Assembly: GCA_964623495.1 (NCBI GenBank)
Contig: CAZUTV010000002.1
Span: 18,789 to 82,788, forward strand
Source: Candidatus Woesearchaeota archaeon
GTDB lineage: Archaea > Nanobdellota > Nanobdellia > Pacearchaeales > GW2011-AR1
Reading direction: 5' to 3'
Length of the DNA: 64,000 nucleotides
Shown here: piece by piece, positions 24,426 through 33,352 of the stretch
Layout: every line of letters begins with the position of its first letter
How positions within the stretch are numbered: the stretch's first letter is position 1
Position numbers and translations under genes: made by a program
Notes under the pieces: model-generated
Databases searched by the model: none
The model's input: only the letters and a program-made list of their open reading frames with translations
Told to the model about the DNA's origin: nothing

Positions 24426-25238
24426 TTGAGTGCCTTTTTTATGCAGATAATAAAAGTTCCGGGAATAAATGGTTTGGGGAAGACAAAAGGGTGCGAGAAG
24501 GCAGGAAATGAAATACTTGCAAGTTTAAACGAAATTTATGCAAACGAACAAGGCAAGCCAATAGATGTTAAACTGCTTGACTTGGAAGAAATTCATCTCG
24601 ATAATTCTAATCTTGAACTAACTATCAATTTGATCTATGAAAATGCCTTAGAAAGCTTTGATAAAGACAAGGTTATTTTCCTTGGAGGCGATCATTCTAT
24701 AAGCTATTCTCTCGGAAGAGCTTTTCTTGATTATTGCAGGGAAGAGAGCAAAGAGCCTTGCTTGATTGTTTTTGACGCCCATCCGGATTTAATGCCTGCA
24801 ATGAAGTTTCCAACGCATGAAGAGTGGCTTAGGGGCCTTATAGCTTCCGGATTTCCAGCCAAGAATGTTTTGCTTGTTGGGCTAAGAAATCCTGATCCTG
24901 AAGAATTACGATTTATTAAGGAAAGAGGGATTAAGACCTTAAATATTAATGAGCTTTTGCTGGATATAGAAAATGCCTGTGATACTATTATGGAGTTTTC
25001 TAGCGGAAAAGAGCTATATCTTTCTTTAGATGTTGATGTCATAGACCCATGCTTTGCGCCAGGAACAGGATACAAGGAGCCCGGAGGTTTAACTTCCAGA
25101 GAATTTTTGTATTTAATCCAGAGACTTAATAAAATTAAATCTTTAAAAGCAATTGACCTTGTTGAAATTAATCCGGTTTTAGACAAGGAGGGAATAACTG
25201 TTAAGTTGGGTGCTAAGATTTTAAGTGAATTAATATGA
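24426..25238 (+). CDS. Arginase/agmatinase-family ureohydrolase
   Basis: 270 aa. All three family signatures are present: GGDHSISY, DAHPD and SLDVDVIDP. The true start may be the Met at 24441. Confidence 0.8.
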   Translation: MSAFFMQIIKVPGINGLGKTKGCEKAGNEILASLNEIYANEQGKPIDVKLLDLEEIHLDNSNLELTINLIYENALESFDKDKVIFLGGDHSISYSLGRAFLDYCREESKEPCLIVFDAHPDLMPAMKFPTHEEWLRGLIASGFPAKNVLLVGLRNPDPEELRFIKERGIKTLNINELLLDIENACDTIMEFSSGKELYLSLDVDVIDPCFAPGTGYKEPGGLTSREFLYLIQRLNKIKSLKAIDLVEINPVLDKEGITVKLGAKILSELI

Positions 25239-25762
25239 GGGTATTTATTTCTTTAAGATTAAGTAAGGAAGCTGTTGAAGAAGTTAAGAGAATTCAGAAA
25301 GACTTGAAAGGTTCTGGTTTTTTTGAAGGAAAACTTACTGAAGAAGAAAATTTGCATTTAACCTTGAAGTTTCTTGGAGAGATAGATGAAGATAAAGTTG
25401 AAGAAGTTAGAGAGAGGTTAAGAAAAATTAATCTTGGGGGATTTAATGCTAAATTTGGGGAGATTGGGGTTTTTGATAAGAATTATATTAGGATAATTTG
25501 GGTAAAATTATTGGGGTGTGAGGAATTACAAAGGCAAGTCGATATTGTTTTGGGTGGTTTGTTTGAGAAGGAAAAAAGATTTATGGGGCATTTGACCATT
25601 GTAAGAGTAAAGAAAATTAGGGATAAAAAAGAATTTCTGGAATTTGTGAATAAAATTAAAGTCAAAGATGTCAAATTTCAGGTAAATGGTTTTGGATTGA
25701 TGAAATCTGAGCTGTTTCCAAAGGGCCCAAGATATGAAATTATTGAAGAGTTTAATTTGTAA
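25235..25762 (+). CDS. thpR: RNA 2',3'-cyclic phosphodiesterase / 2'-5' RNA ligase (2H phosphoesterase, LigT/ThpR)
   Basis: 175 aa with two H-x-T-x motifs (HLTLKFLG and HLTIVRV) spaced as in LigT. Confidence 0.7.
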   Translation: MRVFISLRLSKEAVEEVKRIQKDLKGSGFFEGKLTEEENLHLTLKFLGEIDEDKVEEVRERLRKINLGGFNAKFGEIGVFDKNYIRIIWVKLLGCEELQRQVDIVLGGLFEKEKRFMGHLTIVRVKKIRDKKEFLEFVNKIKVKDVKFQVNGFGLMKSELFPKGPRYEIIEEFNL

Positions 25763-25855
25763 GAGAAAAATATAATTAAGAAAGAAAAACAAGTTTTATA
25801 TATCTTTTGCAATTTAAGATATATCTTCTGCAATATATATGTTTAAGTATCTTGG

Positions 25856-26686
25856 TTGTTTTTCGTTATTTTAATGGACGATATTTTTGCGTTTCATGAA
25901 ATTAAAAAGAGGCTGACCGAATTTTTTCTAAGTAAAGGCTTTATTGAAGTGCCTGCGCAATCCAGAACCTCTATTCTTGCTGCATGCGAAGATCCTAGTA
26001 CTGTTACCTCTTATTGTGTTGGAGGGAAGATTTGGCCATTACCTCAAACCGGGCAAATGTGGCTAGAGCATGAATTATTGAAAAATCCGCAGCTCCCTGG
26101 AGTTTTTTGTGTTACAACTAGTTATAGGGATGAGCCCAATCCAATTCCCGGGAGGCATGATCGGGTTTTTCCAATGTTTGAGTTTGAAGCCAAAGGCGGA
26201 TTTGAAGATTTAAAAGAATTAGAGAGAGAGCTCGTTCAATTTTTGGGATTTTCACAAGGAATTGAAATAGATTATGAAGAGGTTTGCAAAAACCATGGGA
26301 CAGAAATTCTTGAAGCAGAGCACGAAGAATTATTAAACAAGAAGCACGGAAGCGTTGTTTTCTTGCAGAAGTTTCCCCAGAGGACAAGCCCGTTTTGGAA
26401 TATGAAGCATTTTAAAGACGGAATTTTCAATAAGGTTGATGTTTTGCTTTGCGGGATGGAAACTATAGGGAGCGCCGAAAGATCTTGCAACATTGGTGAG
26501 ATGAGAGAGAATTTTTTGAGAATCTCTGATGGAAAATACTCTCAATTATTGTTTGACAAGTTTGGAAAAGAAAGGGTCATGAATGAGTTAGATCATTATC
26601 TTGGCCTGAATATGTTTCCAAGATTTGGCGGAGGAATTGGGGTTACAAGATTGGCAAGAGCAATGAGAATGGAGGGTTTGCTGTAA
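25856..26686 (+). CDS. Class II aaRS-like catalytic-core protein: AsnA-type aspartate-ammonia ligase / archaeal AsnRS-related asparagine synthetase
   Basis: 276 aa. It has class II motifs 1-3 (HEIKKRLTEFFLSKGFIEVP; SYRDE...RHDRVFPMFEFE; GGGIGVTRLARAM) and no anticodon-binding domain. The true start is probably MDDIFAF at 25874. Confidence 0.7.
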   Translation: MFFVILMDDIFAFHEIKKRLTEFFLSKGFIEVPAQSRTSILAACEDPSTVTSYCVGGKIWPLPQTGQMWLEHELLKNPQLPGVFCVTTSYRDEPNPIPGRHDRVFPMFEFEAKGGFEDLKELERELVQFLGFSQGIEIDYEEVCKNHGTEILEAEHEELLNKKHGSVVFLQKFPQRTSPFWNMKHFKDGIFNKVDVLLCGMETIGSAERSCNIGEMRENFLRISDGKYSQLLFDKFGKERVMNELDHYLGLNMFPRFGGGIGVTRLARAMRMEGLL

Positions 26687-26898
26687 TGGGAATTGAGGAT
26701 ATGGCTAGAGAGTGGAAAGCCATTGCACGGGAGGCTTTAAGGATAGGTTATTTTCAGGTGCCTAAGCATGAGGATGATCCGGAAGTCGTGATTTTAGATA
26801 GAAGGATTGCAAGATATCATCATGATCACGGACAGCCTTTTAGTTTTACCAATGCCCCTGCAGGAGTAAATGCAGGAGATTATCTCTTGGAGCATTAG
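26686..26898 (+). CDS. Small hypothetical protein
   Basis: 70-aa ORF starting in a TAATG overlap with the upstream gene; R/H/D/A-rich. Coding status is uncertain. Confidence 0.3.
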   Translation: MGIEDMAREWKAIAREALRIGYFQVPKHEDDPEVVILDRRIARYHHDHGQPFSFTNAPAGVNAGDYLLEH

Positions 26899-27608
26899 TA
26901 TTTCTCGTTAATTACTTTGAAGACTTCTGCTTTTTTTCCAATGCAAGATTTTAGCTCTTCATAGGATGCATTGAAAATACCTTTTAACGTTTTGAATTCT
27001 TTAAGAAGCTTTCTTGCAGTTGCAGGGCCAATCCCCTGAAATCCTTCGAGAATAAACCGCATTTGCTCTTTTTTAGATAGGTTCTTTTTTTTTGCTTTCA
27101 ACGAAATTTCTTTTTCTTGTTTTTTGGCAAGTATGCATATAAACTTTGCCGTATCTTCTGGATTTTTTGTGAATATTATTGGAACCTGGAACTTTAACAA
27201 GATAGATAAGATAAATCCTCTGACGGCGTTCCCATTGATTCCTTCTGGCCGGTCGTTATATAGTTCTTGTTCTTCAATCCCCTCGATAATCAGCAACCTT
27301 TTTTTGTATTGTTGCAATTCTTCAAGCTGCCTTAGAAGTCTTTTATTGATCATTGAGCTTAGAAAATCAGAGATCGTTTTTCTCTCAATGGCCACATCCC
27401 TCACAATATAATCTGCAACTTTTAATTCGCGGATATCCGTCTCTATTCCCAAGTTGATTAGGTTTGAAATAACCAGAGAGTTTTTCTCTCGGTAATCTGC
27501 AATAATCCTCGGCTTTTCTACGATTTTAATTGGTTTTTTTGAAAAGATGTTTAAAAATCCAGACATGTTAAAGGGTTTTTTGCTTTTCCTCTTTTTTATT
27601 GCTTTCAA
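26895..27608 (-). CDS. XPF/Hef-type ERCC4 nuclease with C-terminal HhH2 (nuclease half of a split Hef)
   Basis: ERCC4 signature IIADYREK...VADYIV...VAIERKTISDFLSS. The C-terminal HhH is GIGPATARKLLKEFKTL. The start is probably the internal Met at about 27566, immediately after the helicase stop. Confidence 0.75.
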   Translation of the reverse strand: MKAIKKRKSKKPFNMSGFLNIFSKKPIKIVEKPRIIADYREKNSLVISNLINLGIETDIRELKVADYIVRDVAIERKTISDFLSSMINKRLLRQLEELQQYKKRLLIIEGIEEQELYNDRPEGINGNAVRGFILSILLKFQVPIIFTKNPEDTAKFICILAKKQEKEISLKAKKKNLSKKEQMRFILEGFQGIGPATARKLLKEFKTLKGIFNASYEELKSCIGKKAEVFKVINEKY

Positions 27609-29130
27609 GTTTGTTTTTTATAGAATGAATTGCAGTATGCATTCTTTTTTCCTTTGCTCTAGAGGCATAGTAGAATCCCTCGTCTCTTGTGCCTTTGGTG
27701 ATTAGAATCTTAAGTTTGCCTGGCATTAGTCTTGCAGTTCTTCCTGCACGCTGTATCGCGCGAATTGCGCTTGGAACAGGCTCGTAAAAAATAACTGCAT
27801 TAACTTCTGGGATGTCTAAGCCTTCTTCTCCAATTGATGTTGCACAGAGCACATTTATCTCTCCATGGCTGAAATCAATTAAAACATTTTTTTGCTCTCT
27901 CTGATTTAGACCAGAAGATTTTTCACCAAGACCTTTTTTTGCCTGGCCAACAAAAACTTTTGCTTTAATTCCATTTATTTCGTTTAGCTCCTTGCAAATT
28001 TTTACAATAGTATCCCTATACTGGGCAAAGATAATAGCTTTCATTTTTGGGTTTTGCTGAAATTCGTGTTCTATCTCTGCCTTTAGTGTTGATAATTTTG
28101 GGTTTTCTATTTTTTTGGCTAAGAGTTCATTCATTAAAACATATGCTTTATTGAATTCCGGCTGTTTGACAATATTCTGGATCGCTTTGCTTTTCTTTTG
28201 CTTTGCCTGTTCAAACATAGAGAGGAAGTATTGCTGTAGGGAGTAAAGTGTTTGTGTTTCCAACAATTCAAGGGCATGCTGAAGCTTTATTGCCTGCGCA
28301 CACGCGCTTGCTCCGGATAAAATATTTAAATTTTTATCCCCCATAGATATTCTATGCATTATTTTGCCTTGCAACTCCAAGAGGCTCTTTTTTGTAGCCA
28401 TTCCAAAGAGCAAGCTTCTGTTCTTTAATTCCTCGACCTTTTTGTCATAAATCTTTTTCAAGAGTTCTTTTATCTCCTGGAATTCTGGGGGAAAATTTAC
28501 TTGGATTTTTTCAAAATCCAGATCTTGTAGATACTCTTTTACGTCTGGGCTTTCGCGGGTTCTTAATTCCACCGCCTCTATAGAGAGATTTTTGCAAATT
28601 TGCTTGATTCTTGATTCTTCACTGCCAGGAGAGGCAGTTAATCCAAGAATTCTCTGGTTTTGAGACTGCTGGATGTATCTTTGAGCTACAAGATTATAGT
28701 CGTAGTTGTTAATGCATCTATGGGCTTCATCCTCGATTAATAGGCTTGTTTCCCTTAAGTCATAAAGATAATTCTTTAAGTCATTGGCCACGCACTGAGG
28801 AGTCGAGAAGATTATATCTGCATTTTGAAAAAGTTTTTTTCTATTCTCTGGAGGGACAGATCCGGTGAATAGTTCCATCGTAGCGAATAATTCTGGGAGA
28901 TGTTTTTTAAAATAATCGAGATGTTGTTCTGCTAAAGGCCTAGTTGGAGCCAGAAAAAGAACTTTGTGGTTGGGAAATTTTTTCAGCCTTTCAATAGAGA
29001 GCATTAGTGCGATGAGTGTTTTGCCGACGCCTGTCGGAAGAACAACAAGGGTGTTTTTTGACTTGCTGGTTTCAAAAATTGCTTTTTGGTATTCTCTAGG
29101 ATTTATCTCTTTTAGAAAATTTTCAGACAT
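27568..29130 (-). CDS. Hef-like SF2 helicase (DEAH-box; helicase half of a split Hef)
   Basis: 520 aa. Motif I is PTGVGKT, motif II is LIEDEAHRC, motif VI is QRAGRTAR, and there is an inserted helical domain. Confidence 0.8.
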   Translation of the reverse strand: MSENFLKEINPREYQKAIFETSKSKNTLVVLPTGVGKTLIALMLSIERLKKFPNHKVLFLAPTRPLAEQHLDYFKKHLPELFATMELFTGSVPPENRKKLFQNADIIFSTPQCVANDLKNYLYDLRETSLLIEDEAHRCINNYDYNLVAQRYIQQSQNQRILGLTASPGSEESRIKQICKNLSIEAVELRTRESPDVKEYLQDLDFEKIQVNFPPEFQEIKELLKKIYDKKVEELKNRSLLFGMATKKSLLELQGKIMHRISMGDKNLNILSGASACAQAIKLQHALELLETQTLYSLQQYFLSMFEQAKQKKSKAIQNIVKQPEFNKAYVLMNELLAKKIENPKLSTLKAEIEHEFQQNPKMKAIIFAQYRDTIVKICKELNEINGIKAKVFVGQAKKGLGEKSSGLNQREQKNVLIDFSHGEINVLCATSIGEEGLDIPEVNAVIFYEPVPSAIRAIQRAGRTARLMPGKLKILITKGTRDEGFYYASRAKEKRMHTAIHSIKNKLESNKKEEKQKTL

Positions 29131-29167
29131 GTTTTTAGAGAATTTATTGGGGTATAATAATCTATCT

Positions 29168-29401
29168 TTACTCTTTTTTAACTATTGCGTATATTATCAA
29201 TACTGCTGCACAAATAAGCAAAATTAACCCTATTGTGGGAACAATGCTTATGAAGTTTGATTCCTCTGGAAAGATCACGTTTCCTGTGACTGTTTGTCCC
29301 CCGATTAAAGGCCATGCGAAATATAATCCCCCAAGCAGAGCCAGAATTCCAAAGGTTGCTATAACGCTTTTTTTCTCAAAGAAGTCTTTTTGTTTTTTCA
29401 T
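29168..29401 (-). CDS. Small two-TM membrane protein
   Basis: 77 aa with two hydrophobic helices. Confidence 0.4.
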   Translation of the reverse strand: MKKQKDFFEKKSVIATFGILALLGGLYFAWPLIGGQTVTGNVIFPEESNFISIVPTIGLILLICAAVLIIYAIVKKE

Positions 29402-29435
29402 TGTTTAATTAATTTAGGGTTGTTTAAATGCTTTT

Positions 29436-30059
29436 TTATATTATTAGTAGGGCATATCCCAAACCGATCAAAGTTACGATTGCCAGGAAGCTCCACAACA
29501 CAAGATTTCCAAAAAAGATTTTGTTTCCATCTAGGTCTGATATTGGGAGCATGTTAAAGAATACAAAAATAATGCTTAGTTTTGCAAAATCAGGGATATT
29601 TAGGATATACCCTAAGCCCGCAAAAATTAAACTAATTATGACCCCTGTTGCAGCTATTAGGCCTATATGTCGCTCAGTCATTTCTGAAAAAGAATATAAC
29701 CCGTGTCTTTTAGCTGCCCGATATGCTTTTGGTTTTACATCGAAGACAAGAGAAGCGAGCCAGTAAATATTCCCGAGAGTTATGGCGCCTATTAATAAGG
29801 GGAAGGCAATTCCTGCAGGGAATGGTTTTTTGAAATGGCTTGCTGGCGTAAAACCATATCTTTCTATTTCCCAGAGTTTTATTTCTATCTCTGATTCAAG
29901 GTAGAAAGCCATTATTTTTTTGGCGATTATATTTATAAGAAGTATCGCAAAAATTACAACTAGTACGTAGATAAATCTCTCAAAGGATTTTAGGAGGGTA
30001 ATTATTAATGCAAAGACTAGTGAGGTTACAATCATCCAGGCAAATTCCCTTGCTTTCAT
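29436..30059 (-). CDS. Polytopic membrane protein, site-2-protease (M50)-like but without a recognisable HExxH
   Basis: 207 aa. The C-terminal FNMLPISDLDGNKIF resembles the S2P NxxPxxxLDG motif. No HExxH was found, so it is a possible inactive homolog or a different family. Confidence 0.4.
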   Translation of the reverse strand: MKAREFAWMIVTSLVFALIITLLKSFERFIYVLVVIFAILLINIIAKKIMAFYLESEIEIKLWEIERYGFTPASHFKKPFPAGIAFPLLIGAITLGNIYWLASLVFDVKPKAYRAAKRHGLYSFSEMTERHIGLIAATGVIISLIFAGLGYILNIPDFAKLSIIFVFFNMLPISDLDGNKIFFGNLVLWSFLAIVTLIGLGYALLII

Positions 30060-30097
30060 GTTAAATATATGTTTGGTTTTTTTATAAACTTATTGTC

Positions 30098-30430
30098 TTG
30101 TGTATGGAAAACTATTTAAATAAGAGATTTATAAATCTTGTTATGAGGATAAGAAAAATTAGCGAGGTATTAGGACTCAAAGTCTATACTGATGGCGGAG
30201 ATTTCTTTGGAGAAGTGGAGGAAGCCAATCTCTTTGAAAATAAAATTGATGGTTGGAGGATAAGGGTTGGTGGAGGCATTACTTCTTTAATTGGGGGAGC
30301 AAGAGGTGTGATCATTCCGCATCACTTTGTTAAAGCAATCAGTGATGTGTTTGTAATAAGTAAGACTGCTCTGCCAAGTCCGGAAGCTAGTATGCCTGGA
30401 GTTGAAGAAGTCCCTGGCGATCTAGTATAA
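30098..30430 (+). CDS. PRC-barrel-like small protein
   Basis: 110 aa; KVYTDGGDFFGEVEEANLFENKIDGWRIRV resembles a PRC barrel. Confidence 0.4.
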   Translation: MCMENYLNKRFINLVMRIRKISEVLGLKVYTDGGDFFGEVEEANLFENKIDGWRIRVGGGITSLIGGARGVIIPHHFVKAISDVFVISKTALPSPEASMPGVEEVPGDLV

Positions 30431-30472
30431 CGAACCTCTTTTAAAAGAAGGTTCCAAAAAACCTAAGAAAAA

Positions 30473-30970
30473 ATGGCAACAGAAAATCTGTTACAATCTG
30501 AGATTTTAGTAAAATTTGTATATCCCTTCTTATTGATATTCTTCATAGTCTTTGCTGTCCTGGAGAAAACAAAGCTCTTTGGTGAGAAGAAACAAGCAAA
30601 CGCAATGATTGCTTTTGTTATAGGGCTGATTTTTGTTGGTGCTTTAGCCCCTAAGCTAATTGTAAGCAACCTGATCTTGTTTTTAAGTGTTGCAATTGTC
30701 ATTGTTTTTGTTGTTTTAATATTATACGGCTTTGCAGCAGGCGAGAAAGAGGGTCTTGAAGTGAAGCTTAAGGGATTGAAGTGGGTCATTGGAATTGTGG
30801 TAGTTGTTGCTGTAATTGTTGCAATGTTTTTGATTACGGGAGTTTTTGAAGAGGTAATTGATAGCTTGTTTAGGAGCGATTGGAGCAACGATTTGTGGAC
30901 CAATGTTATTTTTATTGTTGTTATTGCAGCAGCTCTTGCAGTGGTTATGAGATCGGCAAAGAGCAAATAA
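30473..30970 (+). CDS. Four-TM membrane protein (paralog of 31070..31603)
   Basis: 165 aa. It shares the [YV]xPFLLIF...E(K/N)K(Q/P)(A/V)NA(M/I)I(A/S) pattern with the neighbouring gene. Confidence 0.5.
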   Translation: MATENLLQSEILVKFVYPFLLIFFIVFAVLEKTKLFGEKKQANAMIAFVIGLIFVGALAPKLIVSNLILFLSVAIVIVFVVLILYGFAAGEKEGLEVKLKGLKWVIGIVVVVAVIVAMFLITGVFEEVIDSLFRSDWSNDLWTNVIFIVVIAAALAVVMRSAKSK

Positions 30971-31069
30971 ATTATTTTATCGAGGCGTTTGGATACTTTT
31001 TTAAGGAGGATATTAAAAAACCATTAAAGGAAGAGAAACATATTTAAAAGAGGTTTAACTATATAAGAT

Positions 31070-31603
31070 ATGAGTGTGATAACATTTTTAGCATCCGGAA
31101 GTTTTTTTGGAGGAGGATTTGGAGATATTCTTAATAAGTGGCAAGAAGCAGGAGTTTTTTCTTATGTACTCCCTTTTCTGTTAATCTTTGCGTTGGTCTT
31201 TGGAATTTTAACCAAGATGAGTCTTCTTGGAGAGAATAAACCAGTTAATGCTATAATCTCTTTAGCTATTGGATTAATGGCCTTGCAGTTTGATTTTGTA
31301 CCAAGATTTTTTTCTGAGATCTTTCCTAGACTTGGAATAGGGCTTTCAATACTCCTTGCGTTATTGATACTTACCGGATTATTCTGGAGCAATGAAGATT
31401 CGCAAACTGCCTGGTTTAAGTTCGTTCTTTTGGTTGCAGGATTCATCATAGTTGTGGTTACTGTAATCAATACTGCCGGATCCTTGGGATGGAGTGCGGG
31501 TTATTGGTGGGAAGATCATTGGATAAGTGTTTTGGGGGTAATAGTCCTGCTTGTTTTAATTGGATGGCTTGTTGCTGCTGGTGGCGGAAGCAAGAAAAAG
31601 TGA
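31070..31603 (+). CDS. Four-TM membrane protein (paralog of 30473..30970)
   Basis: 177 aa; a tandem paralog of 30473..30970. Confidence 0.5.
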   Translation: MSVITFLASGSFFGGGFGDILNKWQEAGVFSYVLPFLLIFALVFGILTKMSLLGENKPVNAIISLAIGLMALQFDFVPRFFSEIFPRLGIGLSILLALLILTGLFWSNEDSQTAWFKFVLLVAGFIIVVVTVINTAGSLGWSAGYWWEDHWISVLGVIVLLVLIGWLVAAGGGSKKK

Positions 31604-31729
31604 TTCTTTTGTCTTGAAAATTTTTGAAAGATTTAATGTGGGGTTTTGATATTTTAATCTTTTGAAATATAAAGAACGTATAGTACTTAAAAATAAATGT
31701 TTTATGTCTTAGCCTTAAATTAGCAGGCG

Positions 31730-32236
31730 TTATTTCTTCAGGTCTCTAAAGAACAAGATTTCGCCGAGGATTGTTAAAGTTAAAGCGAGGAAAAAGACAA
31801 TGTTTAGTGATGAAGGGCCTGTTCTTGAGGCTATTGCATTTCCTGTGCCTGTCAAAAAGTCAGGGGCTGCCATGAGGATAATCCCTATTATCATGAAGAT
31901 CGAGGCTGCAACTCTTGTTATGGGAGTCATATCTACTAATTTTCCTTCTAACTTTCCCTCCTGAAGCCTTTTTTTTAGCCTGCTTCCTTTTTTGGTTAGA
32001 GTATACAGTTCCATTTTTCCAACAAATTCTGGGTGATGGCCTATCCTTGATTTTATTACTCCTTTTGATCTTAAATCATAAAGATCTTTTCTTAGTGCAT
32101 CATAGGCTTCTTTGGTATTTGGGACTCCAAAGTATCTTGCAATTTCTGTTAAATTGTGCGGATCTGCCCTATAATCTAAAAAACCAATGTATCTCTGCTG
32201 CAAATCTGTTAGGCGCATTTCTTCTCTTTTTACCAT
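31730..32236 (-). CDS. Membrane-anchored winged-helix protein (N-terminal wHTH, two C-terminal TM helices)
   Basis: 168 aa. The wHTH-like segment is LTEIARYFGVPNTKEAYDALRKDLYDLRSKGVIKSR...LYTLTKKG, followed by two hydrophobic helices. Confidence 0.5.
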   Translation of the reverse strand: MVKREEMRLTDLQQRYIGFLDYRADPHNLTEIARYFGVPNTKEAYDALRKDLYDLRSKGVIKSRIGHHPEFVGKMELYTLTKKGSRLKKRLQEGKLEGKLVDMTPITRVAASIFMIIGIILMAAPDFLTGTGNAIASRTGPSSLNIVFFLALTLTILGEILFFRDLKK

Positions 32237-32237
32237 T

Positions 32238-32912
32238 TTATCTTCTTAAAATCTTTTTTTCTGCTTTATCTAAGACCGGATTCACCACTTTTGCAAAAGA
32301 ATCCTGCATCATAGACATCTCTTTTTTAATGCTGTCAAGGTTATCGCCATATCCGCCTATTTTTTCCAGGATAGATATTTGCAGTTTATCAATCATTGTC
32401 TCTATTCTTTTTAATCTTTCTTCGGCAGTATTAAGGCGGGTGTCTGTTAAAACCTTAAATTCGTTTAGTGCCTCTATCTGTTTTTCTATTTTCTTTATTT
32501 TGTCTGTGAATACCTGCTCTGCAATCTCTATTAGTGTTCCGGTGTCCGTTGTTCCGCTATAAGAATAATACTGTTGCTGCTGGTCTTGAGGGTAATCCCC
32601 TTGCGGATAGGAATACATGTCCTGCTGTGCAAACTGCCCTTGGTCGTAATAAGCATCTGGGGCGGGGGCCTGCATTGTTTGATCTGCAGGGTAATCCTCA
32701 TAGGTCTCTTGCTGATTTAATTGCTGCCTGTTCATTATTGATTGTTGCATATCGTCCATTTCTCTTTTTGTCACTACCTCTTTAATTTGGGCTTGGGCCA
32801 TTGCCTCTTGAATCATTTTTGGGGGTATCCCTTGTTCTTTGAGATCATTTATAATCTCGGAGTCAGATCTTCCCTGGCTCTTCATTGTTGTTACCTGATC
32901 TAATACGCCCAA
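32238..32912 (-). CDS. Q/Y/D-rich low-complexity plus coiled-coil protein, hypothetical
   Basis: 224 aa. It has a prion-like Q/Y/D-rich middle and a C-terminal heptad coiled coil. It is divergent from the pilus ATPase gene. Confidence 0.45.
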   Translation of the reverse strand: MGVLDQVTTMKSQGRSDSEIINDLKEQGIPPKMIQEAMAQAQIKEVVTKREMDDMQQSIMNRQQLNQQETYEDYPADQTMQAPAPDAYYDQGQFAQQDMYSYPQGDYPQDQQQQYYSYSGTTDTGTLIEIAEQVFTDKIKKIEKQIEALNEFKVLTDTRLNTAEERLKRIETMIDKLQISILEKIGGYGDNLDSIKKEMSMMQDSFAKVVNPVLDKAEKKILRR

Positions 32913-32928
32913 CTTCTTTTATAAGTGA

Positions 32929-33270
32929 TTAGTTCTTTTTTAATTTTTCCAATTCGGATCTTCTAACAAATTCCAATGGTTGGAACATCTTTGCCTGTTT
33001 GACTAATATATCCAGGTCTTCTTTTCTTGCGAACTTTGAAAATTCTTCTGAGATTGATTCAAGGAATGTTTTTATCCGCTCTAGGGTTGATCTTATTGTC
33101 TCCAGGTCTTTTTTTATTTCTAATACGTCCTGAGAAGTTTTTTCTTTGCTCTCTATCAAATTTTGCCCAACTAAAAGCAATCTGTCCTTTAGGATTCTGT
33201 TTTTTTCTTCAAGATCTCTGATCTTGGTGTTCATATCTGCAAAGTAAGCATACTCATAATTTTCTTCCAT
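32929..33270 (-). CDS. Coiled-coil protein, hypothetical
   Basis: 113 aa and entirely heptad-like. Confidence 0.45.
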   Translation of the reverse strand: MEENYEYAYFADMNTKIRDLEEKNRILKDRLLLVGQNLIESKEKTSQDVLEIKKDLETIRSTLERIKTFLESISEEFSKFARKEDLDILVKQAKMFQPLEFVRRSELEKLKKN

Positions 33271-33352
33271 GTTTTATAGATGGAAAAAGAGTTTAAAATT
33301 GTTTGCTCTTTTACATACAAAATAATTTAAACTTGCTCTTTCTTTTAGGATT

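Noticed and set aside
29436-30059. Calling the 207-aa membrane protein an active site-2 protease
   Set aside because: The C-terminal NxxPxxxLDG-like motif is present but no HExxH is visible, so it is annotated only as S2P-like.
32238-33270. Assigning the two coiled-coil proteins upstream of the pilus ATPase to prefoldin or FlaC/D/E-like families
   Set aside because: Only heptad periodicity and low-complexity Q/Y-rich sequence are visible and there is no family-specific motif, so they are left as hypothetical coiled-coil proteins.
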